IMG/VR virus record: IMGVR_UViG_3300037333_000017
Location: 22,295-86,294 of that record
From: a virus
Taxonomy: Duplodnaviria > Heunggongvirae > Uroviricota > Caudoviricetes
Length of the DNA stretch: 64,000 bases
Strand: one strand, 5' to 3'
The notes beneath the pieces are model-generated. The model saw only the letters and a program-made list of their open reading frames with translations, was not told the origin of the DNA and searched no databases. The position numbers and the translations under genes were made by a program. Positions 46,109 to 56,380 of the stretch are shown in pieces. Position 1 is the stretch's first letter, and each line of letters opens with the position of its first letter.

Positions 46109-47602
46109 ATGGCTAAAATGAAAACACGAAAGAGCACAGTAGAGGCTATACTTCAGAACGTTGGACTTATCGATGTTGTTACAGGGACATTCATTAAGGG
46201 CGCAAAAGGAGAGATGGTACTAGCTGGCGGTATTGATAACGTTTACGCTATTATCGGACCAGGTAACTCGTATAAATCTACACTTTTGCATTACTTTACT
46301 ACTACTGCGGCAGATAGAATGGCCGCATCACTACCTAGACATAAGAATGAGAAGGTGATAATATCATCGTTTGATACAGAAATGAACATGAAGTACGCGA
46401 GACTCTATGAGTTCCTTCTAAGAGCGAAACACTTAAAAAACGATATGCTAGACGGGGACGATCCAGATTGGAACGTATTAACGAAGGCAGACTGTCCTGC
46501 TGACATATGGGTGTCAGACTTTAGAGATTATGTGCTTGAAAGAGCTAAAGAGAAGAAAATTGAATTCGCAGCATTCGAAAATCCATACACAAAGAAGCCA
46601 TATGTTGCGCACTTCCCAGGATACTCACAGATAGATTCAATCGCAGAGTTTGAAACTTCTGCCGGTATGGAGATGTTGGCTAAGTCTAAGCTCGACAGAA
46701 CTGATACTGCAACATACTATCTCGGTGGAGGACTATTTAAATCTAAGTTTATTGGAGAATTACCTAGACTAACAAGAATGAGTAATCTCTTCTTAGGATA
46801 TGTGGCTCATACGGGAGAGGGTAAAGGAATCGGTGAGAACAAATATGTCCCACCTGAAAAGCAGAACCAGTATTTAAAGGGAGATACGAAGATCAAAGGC
46901 GCTACTGGAAAAACAAACTATCTTACGTTACTCAGTATGTATGCATCCACAGCGTCTGTACTTAAAAATAAGGCAACACGTCTCCCAGAGTACCCTAGAC
47001 AAGATATGGAGGAATATGAGACAGACCTTAACGTAGTGAGATTAACTCTATTACGCTCTAAGTCTGGACCTAGTGGTACGGTAACAGAAGTCGTAGTCTC
47101 TCAATCAGAAGGAGTAAAACCAGAGCTATCGGCATTCCACTATATCAAGAACCAAGCTAAGTATGGTATTATAGGAAATGATAGAAACTATGCTATTGCG
47201 CTACGTCCTAACGTGTCCTTACGTAGAACAAATATTAGAGAACTACTTGAAACAGATGTCCGTTTGGCCAGAGCTGTGACAATATTAGAACGCCTAAGAA
47301 AAATGCAATTGTACATGCCAATGTATAACAAATATCAATTAAGTCCTGAGGAACTATACGAAAGACTTATAGAACACGGTTACGAGTGGGACACTCTCTT
47401 GCTGTCTAGAGACTGGTGGACAATAGATCAATATTCTCCTAATGTCGTGCCGTACCTATCGGAATTAGACCTACTCCGCATGGCACACGACGTGTATGTA
47501 CCATATTGGTTAGAAGAAGACCGTAAAACAGTTAAGAAGACGTGGAGACATCATTTTTTAATTGACACACCTAAAAAGGACAAACAGAATGACACAATTT
47601 AA
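46109..47602 (+). CDS. RecA-superfamily recombinase, UvsX-like
   Basis: P-loop AIIGPGNSYKSTLL matches the T4 UvsX GPSKSFKS variant (aromatic residue before the Lys). SQIDSIAEF matches the RecA/UvsX hhIDS(V/L)A Walker B region. TAAGGAGCATAC RBS. Confidence 0.55.
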   Translation: MAKMKTRKSTVEAILQNVGLIDVVTGTFIKGAKGEMVLAGGIDNVYAIIGPGNSYKSTLLHYFTTTAADRMAASLPRHKNEKVIISSFDTEMNMKYARLYEFLLRAKHLKNDMLDGDDPDWNVLTKADCPADIWVSDFRDYVLERAKEKKIEFAAFENPYTKKPYVAHFPGYSQIDSIAEFETSAGMEMLAKSKLDRTDTATYYLGGGLFKSKFIGELPRLTRMSNLFLGYVAHTGEGKGIGENKYVPPEKQNQYLKGDTKIKGATGKTNYLTLLSMYASTASVLKNKATRLPEYPRQDMEEYETDLNVVRLTLLRSKSGPSGTVTEVVVSQSEGVKPELSAFHYIKNQAKYGIIGNDRNYAIALRPNVSLRRTNIRELLETDVRLARAVTILERLRKMQLYMPMYNKYQLSPEELYERLIEHGYEWDTLLLSRDWWTIDQYSPNVVPYLSELDLLRMAHDVYVPYWLEEDRKTVKKTWRHHFLIDTPKKDKQNDTI

Positions 47603-48398
47603 CAGGAGAGCATCGCTCGCAACAAACCTACAAGATAGAAACACGGACAAAGGCGTCCGTGTTAACATCATTATCGCATCGACAAATGTTCCAGTATCTC
47701 TGTCGCAGATAGACGGTAAGGGAGATAACAAGACGGAGACAGACCCAGAAAACATACACTATAGACTATCGGTACAGAGAGAGTTCACACCGAAGAAAGA
47801 ACCTATCGATGTTAAGTCGGCACTCGTTAGTCCTGACGATGATCCAGAGAATAACGAATATAGATTTACATACATAGGTCACGGCTACAGTCTTCTATAC
47901 GGATGTTATGAGACATTTTGGTTTGACGCTAAGTATGGAGACATTATAAAGGTTCCAGACTTAGTAACGTTAGTTGACGTTGAGAATGAGGCCGACCCAG
48001 TTAAACAAAACGAAATAAATGCCGAAGTTATCTCTTTCAGAGTTGACACGTCATCTGCTACACGAACCACAAAATTAACTCAGGATAAAGTACTTGGGGT
48101 AGCGACCATAGAGGGCGTCAATGACATATCTGGCATAACATCACATATTATACGCGTAAACAACTTTAGAAACAGGTCTAAAACGGTCAGTATGGGTATT
48201 GTGGTCGACGATAACACTTACTTAGAGGGACCATACACAGAAGCATTAGAGGCGTACAGTCTAGGATCTACTGATGCGCTGTTTACGAACGAAACTACCG
48301 GAATTTCTAACGTTGGATTAAAGCGATATGTTTCTGACAGTTGGACTATGGTATCTAACAGAGTGAAACGTCTAGACGATATCCTTATTATAAAGTAG
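47589..48398 (+). CDS. hypothetical protein
   Basis: ATG 47589 with AAAAAGGACAAACAGA RBS. The ORF-track start at 47562 is a TTG. Confidence 0.5.
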   Translation: MTQFNRRASLATNLQDRNTDKGVRVNIIIASTNVPVSLSQIDGKGDNKTETDPENIHYRLSVQREFTPKKEPIDVKSALVSPDDDPENNEYRFTYIGHGYSLLYGCYETFWFDAKYGDIIKVPDLVTLVDVENEADPVKQNEINAEVISFRVDTSSATRTTKLTQDKVLGVATIEGVNDISGITSHIIRVNNFRNRSKTVSMGIVVDDNTYLEGPYTEALEAYSLGSTDALFTNETTGISNVGLKRYVSDSWTMVSNRVKRLDDILIIK

Positions 48399-48402
48399 AA
48401 CT

Positions 48403-49062
48403 ATGGGTAGAAAAGAAGCAGAAGCGTTAGTACTAAAGTACATACCGCAGATAGGTAATAATGACGATCTAAAACGTTATAAGGATTTATTTAAATCAAT
48501 GTCTGATAAAGACTTCGATAACTTTATGAAGGATATACGCGATAAGAAGAAAACTTTAAGGGTTATAGAACCTAATGGTTCTGATAACGTACCTGATATA
48601 GAAAAGTATCTTAATATATCTAGAGAGCTTGGGTATGAGCCGTTCCAGCAGATTTTAGAGAGAGCGGATAACACTGATGTCTACAGTTACTCTACTGTTA
48701 AAGATCTATGTGTTTATACTGTCATTAAGAGATTGCAGCAACACTATATTAAGAAGATGAGCATGCCTAAACATACGAAATCTAGAGACTCTCTAACGGG
48801 TCAAGTAGCTAACAAATCAAGAGCGACTAAGATAACGGCTAAAGAGTTATCCATATATCACGCCAACGGTATGGATAAGGCTATAGAGGAGCTCATGATG
48901 GCTAGGACAGGTGATCTAGGCGCAGAGACGGCTCTATCTGCGTTTATAGAGAAATACGGAGATGTGTCATTAGCGGACATTAGAAACTACGCCGAAGGCA
49001 GACAAGCGACAAAATCACTAGTGTCATACTTTAAAGCAATGAACTTAGAACTTAAATTATAA
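48403..49062 (+). CDS. hypothetical protein
   Basis: 219 aa. Confidence 0.5.
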   Translation: MGRKEAEALVLKYIPQIGNNDDLKRYKDLFKSMSDKDFDNFMKDIRDKKKTLRVIEPNGSDNVPDIEKYLNISRELGYEPFQQILERADNTDVYSYSTVKDLCVYTVIKRLQQHYIKKMSMPKHTKSRDSLTGQVANKSRATKITAKELSIYHANGMDKAIEELMMARTGDLGAETALSAFIEKYGDVSLADIRNYAEGRQATKSLVSYFKAMNLELKL

Positions 49063-49064
49063 CT

Positions 49065-49090
49065 ACGAGTAGACCGTATGGTCTACTCGT
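49065..49090. terminator. hairpin (acgagtagacc-gtat-ggtctactcgt) between convergent genes
   Basis: Read directly. Confidence 0.45.
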
Positions 49091-51112
49091 ATGTTATGTC
49101 TACACTTGTATCCATAAGGACCTCTACTATGTCATCTGTCATTACTGTCAGTTTAGTTCTATATAGCTCTCTATCGGCCTGTGTTATATTACCTATTCCT
49201 AGATATACGTCACTTATAGTATTGTCTACATTGTTCGCCTCTAGTGCGATATCATATAACGCTGGTTCGGTATGAACGAACATTGCTTTATCTATTTGTA
49301 ATAGATTAGGACCAACTATCTTACCGTTAAAATCGTTCGTAACGTATGACACTGGATAGTTGTTGACCGGCACTACCTGTGTCGTATAACTAGTTAGCTC
49401 ATCTGTGATGTATTTAAAGTCCGCTAAAAGTTTATCGATGAAAGTCTTTTTATCGATGTTGATACCGACAAACAACGTTACAATATCTACAACAGCCGTC
49501 CTATAATCGTAGTTACTACTATACGTTACCGGATCAACGAACTTATCGTCTATCGGCCCTATAACGCTAGATAATGCTGTCTCTATAGGCACGTGTATCC
49601 TGTTGAAGATAACGCTCGCGTCAGACCTAAGTGAAGGATTATAACTATCATTCATATACGTCCATAGTTTTGAATTTATCTCTAAGACTTTCCCACATGC
49701 TGAATTTATATCAGAATAATCTATAGATATATTATCGAGATACTCGTGTATGTCGTTAATTACATCTTTTCCAGATATGAGGTCTTCATCTGAGAAATCT
49801 AACGTCGGGACTTTTGACAATACTATCTTACTGAACTCGATTGTGTCGAGGTTAGATAATATTAGTAAATACTTTAATACGAGATAGGCGGCTGTCTCCT
49901 CACTGATAGTGTAGGTTAAATTAGCTTGATCGGTATATAGAAGGTTTCTTACGTATCCTTTATTAAATACCGCGTGTACCCAGTTTTCGAATACTATGAG
50001 TGGTTCATTATGCGGGTGTAGTCTTGTAGATGCGTTGTAGTCTAATACAAGTACTTTCGTTCTCTCGACAGTTGTTTTGTTAGTCGCTACTGTATCTTCG
50101 CACTCTGGGAGTCCATTCAGGTCTGGTAGTCCTTCTACAGCTAGTGACTGATAGTATGAGTCAGCCGCGCTGATAGAGACACCAGAATCTGTATATCTCC
50201 CGTATGGAACAATAAACAACGATTCAGTATTTTTACTGGGTGTTCCTTCGGATAATGTTACTTTCTGCTGTTTCTTTACTATTTCCTCTACAATGATTCC
50301 TGACTTACTTAGTACGTTGTCTATCAGCATCCTGAGCGCATGCTCCTTACCTGTGTTGTTAATCAGGTACTTTAAATTTTTATACAGATATAGCCTCACA
50401 TCGTCTGTTAGTTGGGTTGTGTGTTTATTCATGTCCAAGTTAGACTTAAAAAACTCATCTATGTAATAAGAGGACGCCTCTTCCGTGCCGATTTTAGACA
50501 ACCTAACATTTAAACACTTCATAAAAAGAGAGGCGTATAGTCTGACTAAATAGTCGGCTATATAGAGTTCATCCGTTAAGACATACTCAACGACCATCCA
50601 TCTATCGCGAAACGACACCGCAAATATGTTTAATTCTAACATGAGTGTTGTTTCATTTTTACCTAGTGCATTATCATTATACTTAAGTATGCTTCCGTCT
50701 CTGCACTCGATTATGTCTTTCATATCGACAGGTAGGAGCATTCCCCTTATGATCGTCTCTGCTGTCTTATGGTTGCTCACAAGGTAGTCGTACTCTTTTC
50801 CGAACTCCAGTAGTCTTGTGCGCAGGGTTTCATATGTTTCTAACAGTTCTTTAGATAGTACTTCGATAGAGTCTGTTTCTTCCACGTAGAGTTTTATACC
50901 GTCAGGATATAGTACTTTATCTATATCGTGGAACTCTCCTGTCATGTTAACATAGTGTTTCCACGTACTAATATCGTCTTCATCATATTTGTACACTACT
51001 GGATAGGACTCTTTAATAGCTAGGTTTACAGATACGGCTTCGCCGTGAGTACATATTACACACGACCGTATAAGTTTAGTCGTCTCATTTACGTAATTAT
51101 TTGAATACATAT
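49083..51112 (-). CDS. hypothetical protein (large)
   Basis: The ATG at 51112 (MYSNNYV...) has an AAGGAA SD. The six-frame ORF extends to 51260 without an RBS and would overlap the divergent gene by 125 nt. Confidence 0.5.
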
Positions 51113-51135
51113 AACGTTCCTTAAGGAGAATTTCA

Positions 51136-53478
51136 ATGAAAGAGCTTAAACGAAAAAAGAAACTTCCGTCTAACGGAGTGAAAAGAGGTAGGCGTTTACA
51201 CGCTGTTAGAAAGGAAGATACGAAGGAGAAAAAAGAACTACCATCGTATCCCGGTCTCAACGCCGTAACGGCTTATACAGCAGATATGTTGGGTAACAAC
51301 GACGACATCATATCTTTGTTTCCAGATACTATGTTAGCTATGGATATAGGAGTAACGTCTATACTCTCACCTAACGACGGGTTGAATACCTCGCTACTAC
51401 ATAGTAATAGCGTGTCCTACCTGTCACAGACTGCTTTGACTAACATAATAACAGCATTAGATACGCACACTAGAGAAAGGTATAAGCTAGAAGATAATCT
51501 TAATACAATATTATACGAGAGTCTTTATACTAAAGGGTCGTATCTTAACCTTATTGTTCCGAATACAGTATCGGAAGAGCTTTATAAAGCTAATACCGTG
51601 GCCGGTAATGAAGAGTCTCTCCTCCCGGCTCCGAAAATAAATACAGGTATGTTAGGGTTCTCTTCTACGCTATCTGATATAAAGGACAATGAGAGAGTAT
51701 CGAAAAATACAGTCGCTGGATTAGAGGATAGTTCAGATACCGAACTATCTGAGATGTTTGCCGTTCTACAAAATATAAAAGATACTCCTAGCATAAACCT
51801 AGACGACATAAACGTCGGAGAACTCACAGAGAGTCCCGTTCGTGTAAAGATACCCGTAGAATCTTTTATACCAGTAACCTTAACGAATGATAATACTAAG
51901 GTTATAGGTGGATTTGTACTAATAGATGGGAATGGGGTACCGACACAAAAAGTGGGGCTTTCTAACAAGAGCTCTGTGAGGCAGGACGTTACTCTTGAGG
52001 GTTCTATCTTATCTACCATTAGAGAGGAGATACAGAGGAAGACAGCTAAGGCCCCAACAGCTCCTGTTAGTAAAGAAGACTTAGACGACCTTATAGATAT
52101 GCAAGTTAAGAATCTCTTGAACGAAGACACATCGTTATCTACGACGATAGCCGAGGAGGAGTTAGACACGATTAAACATACGATGTTCTCGAGACTACTT
52201 AAAAATCAGAAGACTAGTGTCGTATATGTATCTAGTAAACACCTAGAGATGTATACATTTAACTACAGACAAAATGGTACAGGCGAGTCACTGTTAGAAA
52301 GAATTAGGGTGTTATCCTCTATTCGCGCCATCATATTCTTTACGAGATTAAAAGCAGAGATAAAGAATAACGTACCCACGATAAAAATAACTTTGGACAT
52401 CGATGACGACTCTATAGACCCAGAAGCTACTAGAGACGCGACGATAGCTGAATTCATCAAGAACAAAGAGTTCGATATACCTATCGGTCTACAAAAGATA
52501 AATGATCTCTCAGACTGGATACATAAGTTAGGGTACTTCTTCGAAGTAAATAATAAGAACATACCTAAGCTTGGTATGAACATGGAGGACGTTACTAGGA
52601 CTGTTAATATTCCAGAGGAGAGTATCGAGAAAGAGATAACAGATAAGATCTTTATGTCTCTTGGTACAACTCCAGAAACCGTTAACAACTCTAAAGAACC
52701 GGACTTCGCCACGACAGAAATCCTTAAGAACATTGTCGTAGCAAAGAAAGCGATGTTAACGCAACAGAAGTATAACGTAATGCTCTCAAACAACTTACGT
52801 AAATTATTTAGGTTAGACGGTTTCGTTCGCGAGAAGATAAGGACGGCCATACGTCCGGAGGTTAGACATCTTAAGTCTGTACTGTGTAAGGTATTCGATA
52901 AAGATCCGTCGACTGTCACAGAGGACGCTGTAATATCATTCGTTATAAATGACGTAATAAATAAACATAGTGTATCGTTACCTGAGATCAAGATAGAGGA
53001 CGATGATAAACTCTCCACAGAGTTCGATAATTATGTGGATAAAATAGATACAGCATTAGAATACTACCTAAATAGTGAGTTTATAGAGAGTGAGATGGCA
53101 TCCAAATTAGGTGACAACATAGACACATATAAGGCAGCGACTAAGGCTACGTTGATTAGAAGATGGTGTCTTAAATTTAACTACCTTCCAGAACTAAGTG
53201 ATTTGGTTATGACTACCGATGAGGGTGACGGGCGCATGAGGGTAATGGACGAACATGTTGAATACATTGAGAGACTCATGGACGCCCTAGAGACTCCACT
53301 GAAGAAGGACGTTAAAGTTAAGAAGGATATAGATAAGAAATTCGATAGATTAGACGGAGGAGAGGAGGATACTGGTGGTGACGATATAGGAGATGGAGAT
53401 ACACCGAATGATGATACAGGAGACGGAGATACCGGTGACGGGGATGGCGTAACAGACGACGACTTGGGCGATATCTAA
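51136..53478 (+). CDS. hypothetical protein with an Asp/Gly-rich acidic C-terminal tail
   Basis: AAGGAGAAT RBS. 780 aa. C-terminus GGEEDTGGDDIGDGDTPNDDTGDGDTGDGDGVTDDDLGDI. Confidence 0.5.
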   Translation: MKELKRKKKLPSNGVKRGRRLHAVRKEDTKEKKELPSYPGLNAVTAYTADMLGNNDDIISLFPDTMLAMDIGVTSILSPNDGLNTSLLHSNSVSYLSQTALTNIITALDTHTRERYKLEDNLNTILYESLYTKGSYLNLIVPNTVSEELYKANTVAGNEESLLPAPKINTGMLGFSSTLSDIKDNERVSKNTVAGLEDSSDTELSEMFAVLQNIKDTPSINLDDINVGELTESPVRVKIPVESFIPVTLTNDNTKVIGGFVLIDGNGVPTQKVGLSNKSSVRQDVTLEGSILSTIREEIQRKTAKAPTAPVSKEDLDDLIDMQVKNLLNEDTSLSTTIAEEELDTIKHTMFSRLLKNQKTSVVYVSSKHLEMYTFNYRQNGTGESLLERIRVLSSIRAIIFFTRLKAEIKNNVPTIKITLDIDDDSIDPEATRDATIAEFIKNKEFDIPIGLQKINDLSDWIHKLGYFFEVNNKNIPKLGMNMEDVTRTVNIPEESIEKEITDKIFMSLGTTPETVNNSKEPDFATTEILKNIVVAKKAMLTQQKYNVMLSNNLRKLFRLDGFVREKIRTAIRPEVRHLKSVLCKVFDKDPSTVTEDAVISFVINDVINKHSVSLPEIKIEDDDKLSTEFDNYVDKIDTALEYYLNSEFIESEMASKLGDNIDTYKAATKATLIRRWCLKFNYLPELSDLVMTTDEGDGRMRVMDEHVEYIERLMDALETPLKKDVKVKKDIDKKFDRLDGGEEDTGGDDIGDGDTPNDDTGDGDTGDGDGVTDDDLGDI

Positions 53479-53574
53479 CATTAGAAAACATTATACATAC
53501 ATATAATAACAGTGTCTCAAGAGAGACAGGAACATCAGGCCTACGCCTCGTTCCACTTACATAATCTAGTTCGA

Positions 53575-53619
53575 GGGGACCACGTTTTCACGTGGTCCCC
53601 TATCGTTAGATTTTTTTTT
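53575..53619 (+). terminator. hairpin (ggggaccacg...cgtggtcccc) followed by a T9 run
   Basis: Read directly. Confidence 0.55.
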
Positions 53620-54163
53620 AGTTTAGAAGTATCATAGGATTTAAACGGACGTCACGCCTTATCGCATAGGCTATCGCTATTGCGTCTACCTCGTGATCTG
53701 TAATATCTTCTGGGGATACAAGGGAAGTGATTTCATCTATCTTTAGTATTGCCTCGAGAACGCCAATCTTGTTAACACCTCCTTTTGCTCCAACACTGTT
53801 CTTAACTTCGTGAGGGGAGTATTTACCCATAGTAATATCTCTATCGTAGAGATAGATGGCTCTCTCTATCGCCATAACGGACTGACCTAACGGTATAGCA
53901 CTAGGTATCCTTAATCTATCTACGAATGGATTCTCGTAACCTATTATGTCAGGCTCCATATGGTCTAACATTGCTTCTAGGATGCCAGTGAGCCTATTCA
54001 GTCTATAGTATAGGTTATTGTTTATTCTATTTGTCTGGACTATGTTTGTTAGTTCTATCACCCTAGTATAGATATTAACAATACGATTATCGCGCGTATC
54101 TATGTCCATACTACAGACTCCTATGTGATTTGTACTAGGGTCTATTCCTGTTATCCTAATCAT
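53618..54163 (-). CDS. ruvC: RuvC-like Holliday junction resolvase
   Basis: N-terminal MIRITGIDPSTNHIGVCSMD matches RuvC MIILGIDPGxRxTGYGV (catalytic Asp). C-terminal HEVDAIAIAYAI matches the RuvC DAADALAIA motif. ATGA coupling to the upstream gene. Confidence 0.6.
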   Translation of the reverse strand: MIRITGIDPSTNHIGVCSMDIDTRDNRIVNIYTRVIELTNIVQTNRINNNLYYRLNRLTGILEAMLDHMEPDIIGYENPFVDRLRIPSAIPLGQSVMAIERAIYLYDRDITMGKYSPHEVKNSVGAKGGVNKIGVLEAILKIDEITSLVSPEDITDHEVDAIAIAYAIRRDVRLNPMILLN

Positions 54164-54987
54164 GATGTAGGCGTGTATGTTTTATATACCATAGGAGACA
54201 TACCTCCTATCTCCATAGTGTGTCTAAATGGCACATTGAGGTTATTATCGTCTAATAGGTAGTCTACTTTCTCAAAATACATAACCTGCGTATTGTAGGC
54301 GTCAAGAACACCGTTATACGTATAGTCTATTCCTGACACTAGTGCGAGTTCTCTGAGATCTATTGTCTCGTCATTTTCGTAGTATATATGGCAGGCATTT
54401 TCTAATTCAACCTTCTCCTCTTCATTTAGACTCACTTGGAGGGTGTTACTATATTTAAGATACGATAGGTCAGAATTAAGTATCTCGTCTCTTGTGTTCG
54501 GTGTTGGATTTAAGATCTCAGAACCAATAGTGGAGAATAACTCTACGGACCCTTCTCCGTCTTCTACAGGTATGTGTAGTATCTTGCCGGACTCGAATAC
54601 GCTGTCTATCTTCTTTAACATAAAGAATACGTAATCCTCGCCACCTATTCTTTTAGTTACACGCATTCTGTATTTGGCTAGTTCATCTACAGTGAACTGG
54701 TCTGTCGCCTTTCTAGCGATAAGTGGCGCGTGCCTGAATAGAGCTCCGTGACTTACGTCGTGTCTTACGTTATCTAGATCTATAGTGTCGTCCTCTAGAA
54801 TATCATCATAGTTCAGTCCAATACAGAAATACTGCGTTATTGGATTAGGGACGTCATCCGGTAGTACCACTTGCCTGTCGAACTTCTCATTTAATGTCGT
54901 ATTGGGTAGCACTACGTGTTTCAGCCCATATTCTCTAGCGTTATCGAGCATCATAGAGTATATAGTCTTTGTTGTATTAAACATCAT
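54160..54987 (-). CDS. hypothetical protein
   Basis: ATG 54987/54984 preceded by AAGGA. The track start at 54990 is a GTG. Confidence 0.5.
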   Translation of the reverse strand: MMFNTTKTIYSMMLDNAREYGLKHVVLPNTTLNEKFDRQVVLPDDVPNPITQYFCIGLNYDDILEDDTIDLDNVRHDVSHGALFRHAPLIARKATDQFTVDELAKYRMRVTKRIGGEDYVFFMLKKIDSVFESGKILHIPVEDGEGSVELFSTIGSEILNPTPNTRDEILNSDLSYLKYSNTLQVSLNEEEKVELENACHIYYENDETIDLRELALVSGIDYTYNGVLDAYNTQVMYFEKVDYLLDDNNLNVPFRHTMEIGGMSPMVYKTYTPTS

Positions 54988-55387
54988 CACTCCTTAAGAA
55001 ATCTTCCTTGGCTAATGGTCCCGGAGCTATCTCTAGTTCTCCCTCAACTAGTTCTAGCGTCTCTAGGTCTCTATCCGGTATCTCACGCTGTCTGTTTTCC
55101 AATAGTGATGGCATAGCATTACTTTTTTGTTTAGACAGTTGTTTTATGAGTTCTGCAGCTTTCTCAGCGAGTCCTTCGTTAGCTTCGTTAGATTCTTGTC
55201 TGAGTCTTAATTCACCCATTCTGGTTATCTGATTACTTGTAGCTTCAATGAGTTCTTTTACTACTCTCATATCCTTTACGTCTGGTATCCCGTCATCTTC
55301 AAAAAATGAATCACTCATTTTAGCGAGGTTCTTTATACCGTTCTTGAGGTGTTCTTCTTCTTCTTCTGTTAAAAAACTATCAGCCAT
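54977..55387 (-). CDS. acidic coiled-coil protein
   Basis: AAAGGACATACT RBS. 136 aa, Glu-rich. Confidence 0.5.
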   Translation of the reverse strand: MADSFLTEEEEEHLKNGIKNLAKMSDSFFEDDGIPDVKDMRVVKELIEATSNQITRMGELRLRQESNEANEGLAEKAAELIKQLSKQKSNAMPSLLENRQREIPDRDLETLELVEGELEIAPGPLAKEDFLRSDDV

Positions 55388-55460
55388 AGTATGTCCTTTT
55401 ATTTGTATTCAAAGAAATTATTACTTGTTAGATATAATATGATTAAAAGAAAGGAGAGGC

Positions 55461-55856
55461 ATGTGGTTATTTAAGTTCTTTAGAAAAACAAAAGAAGATA
55501 AGTGTTTCCATAAGGAACTGTTATCTGTAGAGAAGATAAATACGATAGAAGATAACATAGTTAAATTTAACGCTCTTATGAGGAAACTAACTATATATTT
55601 AGGTAAAGGTGATATAGATGGTGCAATGAACGTAATATCCGCTAGAAAACATTTGCAGATAGAAACCCTGGGGTGGCTCACCGATAATAGTGGTCATATA
55701 ATAAGGAAGGGCGATAAAATTTTTTATGAGTTGCTAGAAAATATAAGAGTATATCTTATATTAATAGACACCCATAAAATACCAGATCCGCTTATCGACT
55801 ACATCGATGAACTATTAAGTGTGCTAGACGTTACAGAGAAAGACTTATTAGAATAA
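55461..55856 (+). CDS. hypothetical protein
   Basis: AAGGAGAGGC RBS. 131 aa. Confidence 0.5.
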   Translation: MWLFKFFRKTKEDKCFHKELLSVEKINTIEDNIVKFNALMRKLTIYLGKGDIDGAMNVISARKHLQIETLGWLTDNSGHIIRKGDKIFYELLENIRVYLILIDTHKIPDPLIDYIDELLSVLDVTEKDLLE

Positions 55857-55933
55857 GTTAGATGAATTCTCTTTTAGAAACATATTATGCTAGTAGACAC
55901 AATAGCTAAGCGTCTAAAAAAAAAGGAGATGTA

Positions 55934-56380
55934 ATGAAAGAGAGAATGAATAAAAAGATAAACCTTAACATAAGATCGAGCCATACCGGCTCGATCTTAT
56001 CTCATCTCTATAGGCTAATCCTACAGGATAAGGGACTACTCGAAAGATACGAGGACGTCATATCAAAGTACATTATACGTAATAAGAATACGGGTACAAA
56101 GGGTAAGACGGAACATAATATCAAGAAGGATATTATGGCCGATACGTTGAGTTTTGATAACTTCATATATCTTATACGCGAGACGTTGAGAGTGAAGAGG
56201 TTTAGAATAACCATAGAGTTAGACTATAGCGATAGTGGAAAGGACGTAGAGGTTCATAGAACCCATTTCTTTAGCCTATGTAAATTTAAGAAAGGAGAAG
56301 ACAATGAGAATTGCAAAACCGGTGAAACTCAACGAAGAAGGGGAAAGACGGATAACCCTAAGGGACAAGAGGGGAAGTAG
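55934..56380 (+). CDS. hypothetical basic protein
   Basis: AAAGGAGATGTA RBS. 148 aa. The 3' end overlaps the next gene by 77 nt. Confidence 0.45.
   Translation: MKERMNKKINLNIRSSHTGSILSHLYRLILQDKGLLERYEDVISKYIIRNKNTGTKGKTEHNIKKDIMADTLSFDNFIYLIRETLRVKRFRITIELDYSDSGKDVEVHRTHFFSLCKFKKGEDNENCKTGETQRRRGKTDNPKGQEGK

Noticed and set aside
56304-56380. Possible programmed frameshift joining 55934-56380 and 56304-57707
   Set aside because: Joining them would need a +1 shift, with no slippery heptamer or rare-codon pause evident. The downstream gene has its own strong RBS (AAAGGAGAAGACA-ATG), so an ordinary 77-nt overlap is more likely. Separately, my manual codon reading of the printed sequence around 55934-55982 disagreed with the ORF-track translation by one nucleotide; I trusted the track coordinates.
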